Shown here: positions 62,750 to 64,000 of the stretch, piece after piece
Position numbering within the stretch: the first letter of the stretch is position 1
Layout of the letters: each line of letters begins with the position of its first letter
Source of the DNA: Felis catus
Taxonomy: Eukaryota
Assembly: GCF_018350175.1 (NCBI RefSeq)
Contig: NC_058368.1
Coordinates: 22,570,001-22,634,000 of the forward strand
Length of the DNA stretch: 64,000 nt
Direction of reading: 5' to 3'
Notes under the pieces: generated by a model
What the model saw: only the letters and a program-made list of their open reading frames with translations
Told to the model about the DNA's origin: nothing
Database searches by the model: none
Translations under genes and position numbers: made by a program

Positions 62750-64000
62750 AGCACCCTCTTCTTTCCCTTTACTAGTCATCTTGTTCATCATTGTACTTTT
62801 ACCATATTAACTAATGTAATCTCCCTTATCTTCATCCTTTGACCTATTATAGTCTTTGCCACTTAAGAGAAAACAAAATTCTCTGGGTTGTTTTTTCTTA
62901 GGCCATAGCCACTGTTCTGAATTTAACTGATTACTGACAAAATTTAACAACTAAAAACTAGCAAACGGGTGGCTGGGTGGTTCAGTCCATTAGGCTTCTG
63001 ACTCTTGGTCTTGGCTCAGGTCATGATCTCACAGTTTATGAGATGGAGTCCCACATCAGTGTCTGTGTTGACAATGGAGAGCCTGCTTAGGATTCTCTCT
63101 CTCTCTCTCTCTCTCTCCCCCTCTCTGTCTCTCTCTCTCTCTCTCCCCCTCTCTGTCTCTCCTTGGCTAATGCGAGCTCTTGTGATGTGCACTTTCTCTT
63201 TCTCAAAATAAATAAATAAGCTTAAAAAATAAAAAAAAACAAGCAAACAAAAAACAAAAAAAAACACTTCAAGAGGTAAATTTTCTTCTATATATCCCTT
63301 CTGATATTTAAATTTCCCTTGCATAATTAACCCCCAATTTCAGGCTTATTAAATTGTACATTGGCCCCATAGCAACAAAATGCTTCTGCTGAATTCCTTA
63401 CAACCCTATCAGCAAAACCTGACACTTTGGGAGTAAGAACAAAGATTTGGTCTAACTTGGATAGAAATTGCTACTTTATTTTCTTTCACAACCTTCCAGC
63501 TTGCTGTGCAGGACCTGTTTGACTCCACTGAAGGAGAATCTGTCCATCTCAAGTGACTTTCCACCACAGATGCTCAAATAAAGAAAAAGGCTCATTCCTG
63601 TTTTGATAAATGATTCTTAAATTCCCAGTACCACCAGGTTACTTCTTATGTGGACATCAGGCTTACACCCACCTGCCACACACTGCCCTATGTATTCAAG
63701 ATCATCGTTAGAGAACATCAGATATTTAAAACTACCACCCCTCCAGGAATCATGTTTCCCTAAAAAGAATACACAGAGACATCTGAAAGAGGCAGGCACA
63801 GGCTTATGAGAGAACTGTCAGGAAAGATTACTAAGTCCCCGGCATGCATACTGTGCAAGCAACAACTACCAGAATTGAAATAATCTAACTGGAAACAATT
63901 ACTCATAACTTATCTCTGACCTTGGCAAAAATCTTAAAGGGTCCAACTTCTTCTCTGGAAGCTGACAAAAACTCTCTCCTTGATCAAACTCTAGCCAGGC
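62750..64000 (+). mobile_element. Decayed ERV env (SU) remnant, running off the window
   Basis: S*AIATVLNLTDY* at about 62896-62936 (a degenerate NLTDCW motif) and PPGYFLCGHQAYTHLP at about 63631-63677, downstream of integrase. Confidence 0.6.
62966..63265 (+). mobile_element. Can-SINE
   Basis: Head, long (CT)n tract, AATAAA repeats and A-rich tail. Confidence 0.9.

Noticed and set aside
572..63265. Excess of minus-strand SINEs (about 17 versus 7 by my count)
   Set aside because: Small sample of non-independent nested or tandem events, so it cannot support a mechanism.
1..64000. CRISPR arrays, operons or other prokaryotic-type systems
   Set aside because: The sequence is mammalian, and its repeats are explained by SINEs, LINEs, LTR elements, DNA transposons or microsatellites.

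Overview
Mammalian genomic DNA from a cat (Felidae, probably the Felis lineage, inferred from near-identical young feline Can-SINEs and feline-type L1). The only host protein-coding feature is the single coding exon of CYSLTR2 (cysteinyl leukotriene receptor 2) on the minus strand at 45518-46507, with a splice acceptor at about 46557. The rest is mostly repeats. There are two full-length, TSD-flanked minus-strand LINE-1s of different subfamilies (about 9930-16652 and 55611-61571) and an older plus-strand L1 (about 46830-51420). A heavily decayed class I endogenous retrovirus on the plus strand has readable RNase H, integrase and env remnants and is split by the younger L1. About 24 Can-SINEs, MaLR LTRs, MIR/L2 copies, DNA transposons and microsatellites make up the remainder. 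I found no convincing new biological system. The most notable observations are: (1) loss of the ancestral first 16 codons of CYSLTR2 (ATG>GTG plus an in-frame TAA directly before the second ATG), leaving a 10-codon uORF abutting the start; (2) an atypical, tail-less, inverted 390-bp L1 ORF2 fragment near the CYSLTR2 acceptor; (3) the nested ERV/L1/SINE stack upstream of the exon. Repeat family names come from recalled consensus similarity, not a database search, and boundaries without TSDs are approximate.
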